Of a DNA stretch of 64,000 bases, positions 50,871-61,379 are shown piece by piece; the first letter of the stretch is position 1; each line of letters opens with the position of its first letter. Source of the DNA: an uncultured bacterium (GTDB lineage: Bacteria > Babelota > Babeliae > Babelales > Vermiphilaceae); NCBI GenBank assembly GCA_963713925.1, contig OY970212.1, forward strand, positions 1 to 64,000. The letters run 5' to 3'. The position numbers and the translations under genes were made by a program. The notes beneath the pieces were generated by a model that did not search any database, was not told the origin of the DNA, and worked only from the letters and a program-made list of their open reading frames with translations.

Positions 50871-51353
50871 TTATTTTCCTATCATATTTAACGGTTCCCA
50901 GTGTTCCGGAACATGACCACTTAAACATGAACCATGATGATAATTTGATTCGATTGTTACATACTGCCTTGCATCAAGAGGAATTTCGTTCCCTTGTCTA
51001 TCTTTGGTGTACACAATTATGTCAAAATGTGGTGCATCCCCTACACCCGCATGACCGTATGAAAAAGACTGACCTTCAATTGGTAATTTTGCCGACCCAA
51101 GTGTTACTCGGTCACCAGTCCATGTATAATTCACCGCTTTCACCCAAATCTCATTAAACTGTCTGTCAACCGGAATTAATGGATCTAATTTTGCTATTGG
51201 AATTGGTGTAATAGTCAACCTTCCGCAGAGCAACACATTATCCCCAACTTGAATGACGCCTTTCTCGGTAAAAAATGGTTTAGGCGCCTCGGCGCGTAAT
51301 CCTTGAGTAGCAATTATGGCCATGGCCACAGCTAAAATACGTAAATTTTTCAT
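50871..51353 (-). CDS. secreted hypothetical protein
   Basis: MKNLRILAVAMAIIATQGLRA signal; AGGAGG RBS. Confidence 0.65.
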   Translation of the reverse strand: MKNLRILAVAMAIIATQGLRAEAPKPFFTEKGVIQVGDNVLLCGRLTITPIPIAKLDPLIPVDRQFNEIWVKAVNYTWTGDRVTLGSAKLPIEGQSFSYGHAGVGDAPHFDIIVYTKDRQGNEIPLDARQYVTIESNYHHGSCLSGHVPEHWEPLNMIGK

Positions 51354-51587
51354 AACTTCCTCCTAAAAAAGTATGCCCTAACCTCCAGGTTTAGAGCCCT
51401 GATTTTACAGGTTTATTCCGCCATAGCATTAGCAAAGGCGAATTTATTCTACTATTAGGATAACAAAATAGGGGGCTAAAATTCAATATTCAGACTGAAT
51501 TTTTTTAACCCAGGAGGAATTGACTATTTTTTGCAGGGATACTACTCTAAAAATAACAAATATATATTAAAAATAAGGAATATTTTT

Positions 51588-51935
51588 ATGTTCATGAGAA
51601 AAACAATACTTTTTGTGATTACGATTGCATCAATCAGTCTGACTGCGTCCGAAGATCTACCTACTGCTCAGTTACAGCCGGAATTGCAAACCCGGAATAT
51701 TTCAAACAAATTGTTACAATATAGTAAGGGCGTTGGAATGTCTTTGGCAGGAGTTGCTAGTCTTCTCTTCGGAATAGCAAGTTTGGATAGTACAGAACTT
51801 CCCGGTTTTTTGATTGTACCATCGTTGGCAATGATAGCATTGGGCATAGAAAGTATTCATGGAACTTACAACTTCAAAGAAAATTGCACGATCACTATCG
51901 AGCAAGACAAAAAGATACTGGAACAGTTAAATTAA
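51588..51935 (+). CDS. small membrane protein
   Basis: signal plus two hydrophobic helices; AAGGA RBS. Confidence 0.5.
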   Translation: MFMRKTILFVITIASISLTASEDLPTAQLQPELQTRNISNKLLQYSKGVGMSLAGVASLLFGIASLDSTELPGFLIVPSLAMIALGIESIHGTYNFKENCTITIEQDKKILEQLN

Positions 51936-51971
51936 ATTCTCCAACTTACGCTACAATTGAGAAAACCTCGG

Positions 51972-52007
51972 AAAAAATACCCGGCTTTTTTGGACCGGGT
52001 ATTTTTA
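51972..52007. terminator. bidirectional intrinsic terminator
   Basis: AAAAAATACCCGG...CCGGGTATTTTTT between convergent genes. Confidence 0.7.
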
Positions 52008-52067
52008 TTTACATTGAGAGATTAAAGACGAGTGTTATCCCATAATGAATATATGGAAAAGAAAAAG

Positions 52068-52826
52068 TTATTTTGTTGGAAACCAAGGAATAAGTGCATT
52101 GGTTCTTTTCTTATATTCTTGATATTCCGCATTGTTTTTCATTGCTTTCTCAAGTAATGGTATGCCCGTGATAAAAACAAGAAAAATGGTTATTGTAATC
52201 GGTGCGATTATGCTTGTCCACCCTTGCGGCACAGAGAGAGCAATAAGATATATCGACCACCACATAACAATCTCTCCAAAGTAATTTGGATGCCGCGAAT
52301 AATGCCATAAACCGCGATCCATTACTTTACCCTTATTGGCAGGATTTTTCATAAAATGAAATAACTGTTGGTCACTGATTGATTCCACGCAAAAACCAAA
52401 AATCCATAAAAGAATGCCGCATATATCAAGTACCGTTAAGCCAGGCACTTGATTCGTGTTTATTAAAAACACAGGGTAGCTCATGATAGCGATCATAATA
52501 CTTTGTCCAAATACCCACATGATGTTGATGATGAGCGCTTTAAAGCCTTTCCATTTCCATGACTTGAAACGAGGGTCTTCACCTGTATACCTTTTATAGA
52601 CATGCAATATAAGACGCCCTGCCCACAGCGCAATCATGCTCGTTACTATAATTTGACGTGCTAAGAAAGTGCCTGTCGTGAAAAAAGTATACAGCGCGAC
52701 AATTAATACACCGCCACCCCAGGTAAAGTTTGCAATACTAGTGTCTCCCCTATATTGCACATTAATAACCATACAACTCAGATATGCGATCAGTATTGCT
52801 ATTCCTATAATGAAAATAGTCGTCAT
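52068..52826 (-). CDS. DUF1295 / steroid 5-alpha-reductase-like membrane protein
   Basis: GEDPRF, ESISDQQL, GLWHYSRHPNYFGE, GIPLLE, YKKRTNALIPW. Confidence 0.9.
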   Translation of the reverse strand: MTTIFIIGIAILIAYLSCMVINVQYRGDTSIANFTWGGGVLIVALYTFFTTGTFLARQIIVTSMIALWAGRLILHVYKRYTGEDPRFKSWKWKGFKALIINIMWVFGQSIMIAIMSYPVFLINTNQVPGLTVLDICGILLWIFGFCVESISDQQLFHFMKNPANKGKVMDRGLWHYSRHPNYFGEIVMWWSIYLIALSVPQGWTSIIAPITITIFLVFITGIPLLEKAMKNNAEYQEYKKRTNALIPWFPTK

Positions 52827-52915
52827 ACGGCCTCATGTTTCAAAAGGGAGAAATTTTATTAATTATCAGTTAAACTTGTCCGCAAAAATAAATGCAATAG
52901 CTTTAAAGGATTTTT

Positions 52916-53161
52916 ATGATCATCATTTGGGGTTCGCGCGCTCTCAAACGCAGAGAAGGTACGCTACGTTATAACTGCATGATATGTCCAAGCAGCTCTC
53001 TTACAGTGCATTCATATAGAAAGTGGTTCACACTTTTCTTCATCCCAATCTTTCCAATCGGCTCACGAGAATATTATGTTAAGTGTCGCGAATGTCGCAA
53101 TAGTTACAAAATGCCCTACATTGAAGAACTCATGCAACAGCATGATTTTATGGAAGAATAA
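52916..53161 (+). CDS. zinc-ribbon domain protein
   Basis: CxxC...WFTLFFIPIFP...CxxC pattern. Confidence 0.8.
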   Translation: MIIIWGSRALKRREGTLRYNCMICPSSSLTVHSYRKWFTLFFIPIFPIGSREYYVKCRECRNSYKMPYIEELMQQHDFMEE

Positions 53162-53248
53162 ACTGAAACACAGGAATCGATGTTTTCAGACACTACAAGC
53201 ATTTCAATTATTTTATATCTTCTTTGCTAAATCTTTCTGTGTAAATTG

Positions 53249-53294
53249 AAAGCGGTCATGGCACCAACTATTTTCCTAATGCCATGACCGCTTT
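53249..53294. terminator. terminator-like hairpin
   Basis: AAAGCGGTCATGGCA / TGCCATGACCGCTTT 15-bp stem between convergent genes. Confidence 0.65.
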
Positions 53295-53318
53295 TTCATC
53301 TAGATTTTCAGTTATTAT

Positions 53319-54073
53319 TTAAGCTATCCGCAAAATATATACTGAAGCTCTCACCTGATTTTGTGTGCCGCCAACGTTGGGTGCTAGAGTAACAGCTGAA
53401 GCAGAGCTGTGGTTTCTCAATGTTAGTGTATCTCCCGCGCCGAGAGTCAAAATAGTGTATCCGGTATTTTGCTGAGTTCCTGCCCCTGAACCATATATGG
53501 TTGATGCATTTGGAACACCATTTACTGTGAGCGCAAATTGATTTGGCTCAGTGCCAGATACGGAAAAAGTAACCGCATACGTCCCTGCACTTACAACCTG
53601 AATCGAAGCGCTTCCGGCAGTATGTGTGACTCCGGATAACGGGCCATTGCTATCAAAAAGGACGTCGCCTTCTATCGCTACTGTTCCTGCTTGCGTGAGT
53701 GCATAAACATAACCGTATCCCAATATTCCAACACCGCCAGCACCAATAGTTGTGGTGTACATGTTAAGGTACATGTACCGGTTGTGATTGGACCGCCAAA
53801 GGCACCTGCGCCCGCAACAGCTAAACTTCCTGCAACTGCCAGATCGCCGCCTATTGCTTCATTACCTCCAACAGCCAAGGTACAAATCTTTGCACAGTTC
53901 GCTATAATGCTACAGAACCGTTTGCATTTTTTTCTGCGAATTATTTCACTGTCCGATTCTTCCGGCATCTCATTTTGAGTTTCTAATTCTTCAGGATTTA
54001 TTGGTGTTAATTCCGACGTTGATTTAACTTGGAATGATAGCACAAGTGCGAGTGCTAGAATTTTTTTTAACAT
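53319..54073 (-). pseudogene. secreted BclA C-terminal-like (C1q/TNF-like) domain protein split by a frameshift
   Basis: N-half 54073-53678 has a signal peptide; C-half in another frame has DVLFDSNG, AGTYAVTFSVSGTEPNQFAL, YGSGAGTQQN, LTLRNH; frames cross near 53730-53760. Confidence 0.65.
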
Positions 54074-54198
54074 ACGTTTTCCTCTCTTGAATATTGTGGG
54101 ACCATACACACTCCTTAAAACAGGCAATGTTTTCAGAGTAGAAGCTATTATAAATAAATGCAGTACGTCAAGCTCTGTAAACAACCGGGCTATCTTAA

Positions 54199-54267
54199 TG
54201 CCGAAACAGCTACAAGATGCCGTATATTGAAGAACTTATGCAGCAACATGATTTTATGGAAGAATAA
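54199..54267 (+). repeat. orphan duplicate of the last 23 codons of the zinc-ribbon gene
   Basis: encodes CRNSYKMPYIEELMQQHDFMEE* exactly as 53093-53161, with 10 synonymous differences. Confidence 0.9.
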
Positions 54268-54334
54268 ATATTGATATAATATCTTTATGTTGATTAACAG
54301 GATCAATACAAAACGCAATACAGAAAGACTTTAT

Positions 54335-54988
54335 ATGAAAAAATTCTTCTTGTTTTTTAGTTTACTCCTTATAAATAACAATATATTTACAGCAGATCAA
54401 TCAAATAACAATCGTATAAGAATTAAAGAACTTGTCAGCGTCAATAACATTCCAGAATTAAAACAATTTCTCAGTCAAGTATCAGATGATATTTTAGTCA
54501 GAAATATAAGATCAACAACTCTCTTAAGAAAAGCTCGTACGTCAGAAATGATCGATACTTTGATTGAATTTGGACTTGTTAAACTATCTCCTCTTGAAAA
54601 TTTATATGTGGATCATTTAACGAGGATGGTCGATAATAAAACACCAAATGCCTATGGTCGTGCTATACAAAAATTAGGTATCTCAGGTTTTTTTGCTCTG
54701 AAAGGAATTTGGGATAGCGGCACAGATGTTCAAAATCAAGAAGGACATGAAAATGCTTTAAAAGAATATGGCGTTATTGACCAAGCCGTGCTTGATAATA
54801 GAAGCAAAATCGAAAAGCACCAACTTTGGCCTTGGTTATTTTGTCAAGACCACTTAAATTTAGAAAATAAAATTCGTGAAGAAATTGGAATCCCTTCCGT
54901 TGTAATAACACGTCAACCAGAATCAGGTAATTGGATAGTTGACCATTCAAAAAACAATGTTACGAACTCGTCTGCACATTCGGAGTAA
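54335..54988 (+). CDS. secreted hypothetical protein
   Basis: MKKFFLFFSLLLINNNIFT signal. Confidence 0.6.
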   Translation: MKKFFLFFSLLLINNNIFTADQSNNNRIRIKELVSVNNIPELKQFLSQVSDDILVRNIRSTTLLRKARTSEMIDTLIEFGLVKLSPLENLYVDHLTRMVDNKTPNAYGRAIQKLGISGFFALKGIWDSGTDVQNQEGHENALKEYGVIDQAVLDNRSKIEKHQLWPWLFCQDHLNLENKIREEIGIPSVVITRQPESGNWIVDHSKNNVTNSSAHSE

Positions 54989-56948
54989 AAAAGATTTCAA
55001 CTGCACACTTGATTGCTGCAATATGCTGATACACGGCAATAATCTCGCTCATCTGATCTGCTTTTAGATAGATGTTCATGATATGGGTGTGTTTAATCTT
55101 GTGCACCGGAGGTTTGGCTGGGCCAAGCAGCAAGACATTCATATTGTGCCGTTCGATATATTCCAATGCACGCTCGCATACCATGTCCGCATCGGCTTGT
55201 AAAACAGCCTCATCGGATGCCCGCAGCTCTATTTGCGCCAATCGTTTGCAAGGCGGGTAGCCGACTTCTGCTCGTGTTGCTATTTCTTTTTCATAAAATT
55301 CCGGATACTTGAGCTCATCGATATAATCAAAAATAGGATGATGCGCCATCGCCTGGATAATGACAGTGCTTTCCTGTGTTTGTCTTCCGGCGCGTCCGGC
55401 AACTTGGATGAGCTGCGCAAGCGTCACTTCGCTCGCATTATACATCGGAAAATGTAAATTCAAATCTGCCCAAATGACCCCTACTAACGTCACTTTCGGA
55501 AAATGATAGCCTTTAGTAATGGTTTGCGTGCCGACAATGATATCAACCTGCTGTTTCTCAATGGCGCTCAGCGTCTGTGCCCAGAGTTTTTTCTTGCGCG
55601 TCACATCTTGATCTGCGCGAACAATGCGCGCGCTTGGAAGCAACGATTGCAAGATGTTGACCATCTGCTCGGTGCCAACTCCTTTTTTTATTAAATCATC
55701 CGAACTCGCAGAACACTGCGTGCATGTTCGCGGCATCATCATGCTGTAGCTGCAATAGTGACAGTTGAGCTGGCCGTCAGCATGCAACGTCAAACTCACT
55801 GAACAGGCCGGACACCCAAAAATATGGCTGCACCGTTTGCATTGAACAAAAAAACTATAGCCACGTCGATTGATGAAGATAATCGATTGTTCTTTTTTTG
55901 CGATCCGATCTTTCAACGCAGCCAACAATTGAGTGCTGATCCAAAAGTTTTTACGTTCTTTTTTATCGGTCAAAAGCACCGGCACAATAGCAGGGAACGC
56001 TCCAGCAAAGCGTTTTGTAAGTTTAAAGAGTGGCCATTGTTTTTTTGTAACCGCATGAAGCGTTGCGATAGAAGGTGTAGCCGATCCGAGCATGATAGGA
56101 ATGTTATAGAGTTGCGCGCGAATAAGCGCCGCTTCTTTGCTGTTGATTTTGGGATGTTTTTTTTCTTGGTAGCCAACTTCATGCTCTTCATCAATGATAA
56201 TGCATCCAAGGTTTGAAATCGGCAGCAAAATTGGCAAATGCACACCGATGATGAGCATACTTTGGTTGTTTTGCAATGCAGCCCACAGAGCTTTTTTTTC
56301 TGATTGTTTTGTTGCTGAATGGAACCCGAAAATGGGCGTATGTTGCGGAAGCTCTTTTTTTAATCGTTGTTCAAATGCATGCGCCAGAGTCACCTCCGGG
56401 AGCATCAAGATAACCGATTTGTTCTGGGCGAGTGTATGTTGAATTGCTGTTTTATACACCTCTGTTTTGCCAGAACCGGTCACTCCGTGCAACACAATAG
56501 GCTGAAATTGTGCACGATCAATTGCGTGCACGAAAAATGTTGCCGCTTGTGATTGCTCATTGGTAAGCATTGCCGATTGATGATGTGAGCTCTGTTGCTC
56601 ATCAGACAATTCAGTCTCATGCTCTTGACCTAAAAATCCGGTGAGTCGTTTGTATAAAATAATGGGATCTATCTGATAATAGGAAGCAATCTTTTGAATA
56701 AAAGGACGATACAAAGCATCTTCAGGCAATGCTTCCTTGTGCAAAATTGCTTTTAACTCAAAGGTGATATGCGCCGGCTTTTCTTGCGTCGCATAGCAGA
56801 CATATGCTGTTTCCACCCGTTTTTGCAATGGCACACGCACAAGCGTGCCAACCGGATACGAACTTTCGCCCGGAGATCCGGTGTACCACAGCGGACGCGG
56901 ATAACCATTAATGAGTTTGACCTGTAAGTACTGGATGTTCATGAGCAA
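54960..56948 (-). CDS. priA: primosomal protein N' (PriA)
   Basis: HGVTGSGKTEVY, IIDEEH, GSATPS, NRRGY, Cys-rich motifs, QVAGRAGR. Confidence 0.96.
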   Translation of the reverse strand: MLMNIQYLQVKLINGYPRPLWYTGSPGESSYPVGTLVRVPLQKRVETAYVCYATQEKPAHITFELKAILHKEALPEDALYRPFIQKIASYYQIDPIILYKRLTGFLGQEHETELSDEQQSSHHQSAMLTNEQSQAATFFVHAIDRAQFQPIVLHGVTGSGKTEVYKTAIQHTLAQNKSVILMLPEVTLAHAFEQRLKKELPQHTPIFGFHSATKQSEKKALWAALQNNQSMLIIGVHLPILLPISNLGCIIIDEEHEVGYQEKKHPKINSKEAALIRAQLYNIPIMLGSATPSIATLHAVTKKQWPLFKLTKRFAGAFPAIVPVLLTDKKERKNFWISTQLLAALKDRIAKKEQSIIFINRRGYSFFVQCKRCSHIFGCPACSVSLTLHADGQLNCHYCSYSMMMPRTCTQCSASSDDLIKKGVGTEQMVNILQSLLPSARIVRADQDVTRKKKLWAQTLSAIEKQQVDIIVGTQTITKGYHFPKVTLVGVIWADLNLHFPMYNASEVTLAQLIQVAGRAGRQTQESTVIIQAMAHHPIFDYIDELKYPEFYEKEIATRAEVGYPPCKRLAQIELRASDEAVLQADADMVCERALEYIERHNMNVLLLGPAKPPVHKIKHTHIMNIYLKADQMSEIIAVYQHIAAIKCAVEIFFTPNVQTSS

Positions 56949-56954
56949 TGCGCA

Positions 56955-57602
56955 CTATTCTACAGAATGCCATTTATGGGCTTGAGAGTTGTATCGATTA
57001 ATCTTGCCTGTTTTCAAATCAAAATACCATGCATGAAGCGCAAGCTTTCCCGCGGCGACAGATTGAGCTATCCACTCAAAGCTTGATAAATTTTTTAATG
57101 AATTTAACAATGCATATTTTTCGCAAAAAACAACCTGTTCATCAAATGATGCGTGCGAATGTTCATCTATCACTTTTTGATACGCAGGACGCGCTATATC
57201 AAGCCATTTTGAAATATAACCATTTTCCTGATTCCACACTTCGGGAGCTTTATGCAAGAGCGCTTGAATACCGCCGCATTGTGTGTGGCCTAAAATAATG
57301 ATGTCTTCAACACCCAAGAAGCGCACGCCGAACTCAAGGGCAGCGCTCGTGCCATGATACATAGTCACACCTTCTTGCGGAGGCACGAGGTTCGCAACGT
57401 TTCTGACCATAAAAAGTTCACCCGGCTGACAATTAAAAATGATTGCCGGATCAACACGTGAATCAGAACATGCGATGACCATTGTCTTTGGTTTTTGCCC
57501 GTAACGCGTCAGATTTTCATAGAGGGCTCGATCTGTCCCAAAATATTTTTCACGAAACTGCTTATTGCCATCAATAAGTTTTTGTATCCCCTCAAAAGAC
57601 AT
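56955..57602 (-). CDS. beta-class carbonic anhydrase
   Basis: IACSDSRV, GELFMVRNVAN, GHTQCGG. Confidence 0.95.
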   Translation of the reverse strand: MSFEGIQKLIDGNKQFREKYFGTDRALYENLTRYGQKPKTMVIACSDSRVDPAIIFNCQPGELFMVRNVANLVPPQEGVTMYHGTSAALEFGVRFLGVEDIIILGHTQCGGIQALLHKAPEVWNQENGYISKWLDIARPAYQKVIDEHSHASFDEQVVFCEKYALLNSLKNLSSFEWIAQSVAAGKLALHAWYFDLKTGKINRYNSQAHKWHSVE

Positions 57603-57682
57603 ATTAATCCCTCCCTCACATGATATGACTATTGAAGGTTAGTATTACACATTAAAAAATATTGGTAAATGCAAGGAAGTTC

Positions 57683-58678
57683 TTACTCGGCCCTCATTTG
57701 AACAAACAGCTTATCTAACTTTGCAAAATATGCTTGCGAATGTCGAATTTCGCCTTCCCGGGCTGACGTGAAAATGAGTTTTGGGCTATAGGAAATTTTC
57801 AATTGTGCACGTAGTTGATCAATTAATTCCAATAAGGTAATGCTTTTCCCCGTTGCAACATTATACGCTTGACCATCCAATTGCTCAGTGTCCAAAGCAG
57901 CACAATTAACATTCGTATCAACAACCATATCGACCGGCACAAAATCTCTTGTTTGCAAACCATCTCCGAAAATGGTCAAAGGTTTTTCTTCTTGCAACAA
58001 TTGGGTAAATTTCGCAACAACCCCTGAGTATGGGCTTGAAGAATCTTGTCGAGGCCCAAAAACATTAAAATAACGGAGCGAAATCCCCGGCACACCATGC
58101 ACTCGCGCGTAATAAGCAACCAGCTGTTCTCCGACATATTTTGATAATCCGTAGGCGGAACTTGGTATGCACAGATCTTCCTCGCAGCAAATTCCCTCTT
58201 TATTGCCATACACGGCAGCTGAAGAGGAAAATATGAAACGCGTGACCTTTTTTATCCGAGCTGCCTCTAATATATTCCATGTCCCCCGCACGTTGCTATC
58301 AAAGCAAGTGGGTGGAGATTTGAGTGATTCAACTACTCGTATGTGCGCGGCCAAATGAAAAATAATTTCTTGGCCTTCTGCCGCATCAAGACAGTCTTGT
58401 ATGTTGCAAATATCACCTTGTATACAGCGAACATGTTGCGCAACACCCACAAGGTTTTCATGTTTTCCGGTGCTGAAATTATCAAGGACGCTCACCTGCG
58501 CTCCGAGTGTAACGAGCTTTTCAACCAGATGCGATCCGATAAAGCCGTATCCACCGGTTACCAACACCTTCTTGTTTTTATAATATTCATTGAGATCTGC
58601 GCTCGCCGATTGAGCCCAAGCGGGAATGAAAAGAATAAGACTAAGTAGAATGCTTGAAAACGAAATTTCTTTTTTCAC
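57683..58678 (-). CDS. NAD-dependent nucleotide-sugar epimerase with signal-like N-terminus
   Basis: TGGYGFIG, SSAAVYG, YGLSK, RYFNVFGPRQD, GDGLQTRDF. Confidence 0.92.
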   Translation of the reverse strand: MKKEISFSSILLSLILFIPAWAQSASADLNEYYKNKKVLVTGGYGFIGSHLVEKLVTLGAQVSVLDNFSTGKHENLVGVAQHVRCIQGDICNIQDCLDAAEGQEIIFHLAAHIRVVESLKSPPTCFDSNVRGTWNILEAARIKKVTRFIFSSSAAVYGNKEGICCEEDLCIPSSAYGLSKYVGEQLVAYYARVHGVPGISLRYFNVFGPRQDSSSPYSGVVAKFTQLLQEEKPLTIFGDGLQTRDFVPVDMVVDTNVNCAALDTEQLDGQAYNVATGKSITLLELIDQLRAQLKISYSPKLIFTSAREGEIRHSQAYFAKLDKLFVQMRAE

Positions 58679-59595
58679 TACGCACCTCGCGCGATAAATT
58701 TCGGCGTTACTTCCATATGCGCAGCCTCATTTTCAATGCATGCAACGGCATCGATATCAATTTTCAGACCTTCTTTAAAATAATCAAACAACATCTCTAT
58801 TGGGTATCCCATATTACGAGATCCCAACCAATCGGTTTGCACCAAATTAAGCGGCACATTTACTATTTTTGAACGAGTATAGAATAATCCTTTTTTGTGC
58901 ATATCATATGCCGGACCACCGGTTAACCCTCCAGATCGAACAGCCATACACCCTTCAAGCCTGTTTGGAGAGTGGAACGGAATATATGGTATAATCGCAA
59001 GCAAATCAGCCTTGCGATAGATGGTCATGTCTAGACTGCTTGGATATCCCCAATCACCCTTTCCATCTTTAAAAGTGAAGGTATAAGCACCTGCAACTTC
59101 ATCTACCAATTCATGTTGCGGAACAGGAGTTTCAATGTTTTCTGTATAACAGCGGGTTATATTAAGCCCAAGACGCAAATAAAATCCATGCGCTCCCGTT
59201 TTTTCAAGCATTTCTATACATTCGGCACATTTGATTTCATCTTTAACGATAATATCATCAACTCCGAACATAACATATTCATGCGGGCACGATTGCAAGC
59301 ATGCAAGCACTTGCCCTTTATATTCGGCAAAAGGGTCCCTGCCTTGATGTATAATGCCAAGACTTTTATGTTTGAATGTTTCAAAAACGATTTGATATGC
59401 TTGATCAATCTCATCTGAACTTGTTCGATAAATGATAAATATGCGCCCAAGATCTTTCATATGCCGATCAATTGACTCTAAATATGCATATAATTGCATC
59501 GGTCTATCGTAAGATGAAATGATAAGGTCAGCAGTTTTTGCATGCACCATGCCAAAAGATAGTATGGTTATGAGCATCATTATTTTTTTAAACAT
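58678..59595 (-). CDS. putative glycosyltransferase (GT-A-like), secreted
   Basis: signal peptide; IISSYDRPMQL and VMFGVDD motifs; operon context. Confidence 0.55.
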   Translation of the reverse strand: MFKKIMMLITILSFGMVHAKTADLIISSYDRPMQLYAYLESIDRHMKDLGRIFIIYRTSSDEIDQAYQIVFETFKHKSLGIIHQGRDPFAEYKGQVLACLQSCPHEYVMFGVDDIIVKDEIKCAECIEMLEKTGAHGFYLRLGLNITRCYTENIETPVPQHELVDEVAGAYTFTFKDGKGDWGYPSSLDMTIYRKADLLAIIPYIPFHSPNRLEGCMAVRSGGLTGGPAYDMHKKGLFYTRSKIVNVPLNLVQTDWLGSRNMGYPIEMLFDYFKEGLKIDIDAVACIENEAAHMEVTPKFIARGA

Positions 59596-59598
59596 TAC

Positions 59599-60621
59599 TT
59601 ACTCCTGGTTTTTTTGGGGCCCCATCGACAAGGGCGTACTACTATACTGAATATTATTTTTAAAATAAGGAACTCCGTACTGCCCAGCAGCCAATCCAAG
59701 CCATTGAGCACCTTCTTTGAGATCATAATCAAGGCGCGATTGATAAATCGCCGTTGAATGATTCAACCAATACGAATCAACTCTTCCATCCGCATTCGGC
59801 CAATAGATATTGGTGTGAAATGGAACAGTGCGATCTTTCAACTTCAGTTGCAGCCATCCGGGTCTATAAACATGCAGTCCTAGCAACCTCGCGCAAATGC
59901 TCCACAATGCCTGGTCATGCCGCGCTCCACCAAAGCCCCATCCGGCCGATCCATCGTCTTCAAAATAGCGTATGTCTTTTGTCATTTCATACATGGGAAG
60001 AATGAGCTTTTCATACACAGCTTTGGTGCATCCAATAATATTGGCACTCAGAGATATTGTATTGAGAATATGTTGTCGTTCGGGCGTATCAAGCCCAAAT
60101 TGAGTTCTGACAAATCGAGTAGTGCAGTTGTTTAAATCATGAAAGACGCTGACAAGGAAATAACCGTTGTATGCTATATGCTCAAACAGCTCTTCAAGTG
60201 ACCGCATCACGGTGTTCCCGGCATCCATATATAAAACGGTATCAAAACGATCAAGAGTTTGTTTGATGATTACCGGCTTCCATGCATACCAACCGGGAAC
60301 CGTCTTGCCCTCGTTTCTTGTCACCATTGGTTTGAGAAGATCCGGATGCGTGAGCTCAACATGAGCAAGCTCAACTTTGGCCATATCGCTCAAAGATGCT
60401 CTTTCTTCGTGACTAAGCCCTATATCATACACCACAATTCGATTTAATCGATCAAAATCAACTCGATGAATACTGCCGATAAGATTTAACACCGGCTTAA
60501 AGTAGGAACTGTTTGCCGCAGTACAAATGACCATGTTTGCGTTCACGGTACACATCTGCAAACAGATGCTCAACACAATAAAGATGTTCCAAGGGAAATG
60601 ACGGATATATAGATGCTTCAT
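59599..60621 (-). CDS. DUF1647-like putative glycosyltransferase, secreted
   Basis: TAANSSYF, VYDIGL, YAWKPVII, LYMDAG, RHDQA motifs; hydrophobic N-terminus. Confidence 0.7.
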   Translation of the reverse strand: MKHLYIRHFPWNIFIVLSICLQMCTVNANMVICTAANSSYFKPVLNLIGSIHRVDFDRLNRIVVYDIGLSHEERASLSDMAKVELAHVELTHPDLLKPMVTRNEGKTVPGWYAWKPVIIKQTLDRFDTVLYMDAGNTVMRSLEELFEHIAYNGYFLVSVFHDLNNCTTRFVRTQFGLDTPERQHILNTISLSANIIGCTKAVYEKLILPMYEMTKDIRYFEDDGSAGWGFGGARHDQALWSICARLLGLHVYRPGWLQLKLKDRTVPFHTNIYWPNADGRVDSYWLNHSTAIYQSRLDYDLKEGAQWLGLAAGQYGVPYFKNNIQYSSTPLSMGPQKNQE

Positions 60622-60632
60622 TCTCCGTTACC

Positions 60633-61379
60633 TCAAAAGCGGACTGCCGCCTTATCCTTTTCAAGCGCCATTAATATTTTCGGCAACCAAAAATATTCTT
60701 TGCATTCGGGATAACAATAGGCGCTTGAAAGAATTTTAGTTGGTGGATTATCAATAAAATAGCGATTGATATGACTTTCATCATGCCATACGGCAATAAA
60801 ATTTTTTTTCAGGTCGGTGATAATATTTTCAGAACAAGTGCGAACTAATTTGAGAAATTCTGCAGTCTTGCCGCCATACAAACCTCCTGCAAAATACCGT
60901 TCACCTCGATTGTTTGCTACGTAGGCGGTTGAAACCGAATTTTCTTCGTAGGTATATTGATTGCGAATCATATTTTGAAAATAAGGATGTTGGGTGCCGA
61001 CCAAGTCGCCCAAAATTTCATCTCCCGCATCATTCACAAAGAGCATGTCCACGTCTGAAGCAAAAATGTAATCGTATCCATCAAATAACGATGCTGCTTT
61101 ACAATAGTTTTCAAATCTAAAAAGTGTTACATATGGCCATGGCAAATGAGCAGTCGGGACAACCACCACATCTGGTGACGATTGCACATCTTGTGCGCGA
61201 TCGGTGAATACAAAGTAAGTGACTTCATGATTTTTCAAAAAATGTTTGCGGCAGGAATCAACAAACGGCTGTATGAACTGCGTATATTTGTTGGTTGCTG
61301 CAAAACAAAGACCAACTTTGGCCGCATTCATGAAGTTTGCGCTCGAGGCAAAAGCTATCATTACCATTATCTTTTTCAT
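60633..61379 (-). CDS. GT6 family (ABO/alpha-1,3-Gal(NAc) transferase-like) glycosyltransferase, secreted
   Basis: ATNKY, YFVFTD, WP..TL.RF, SDVDM, YFAGGLYGG, AVWHDESHINRY. Confidence 0.9.
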   Translation of the reverse strand: MKKIMVMIAFASSANFMNAAKVGLCFAATNKYTQFIQPFVDSCRKHFLKNHEVTYFVFTDRAQDVQSSPDVVVVPTAHLPWPYVTLFRFENYCKAASLFDGYDYIFASDVDMLFVNDAGDEILGDLVGTQHPYFQNMIRNQYTYEENSVSTAYVANNRGERYFAGGLYGGKTAEFLKLVRTCSENIITDLKKNFIAVWHDESHINRYFIDNPPTKILSSAYCYPECKEYFWLPKILMALEKDKAAVRF

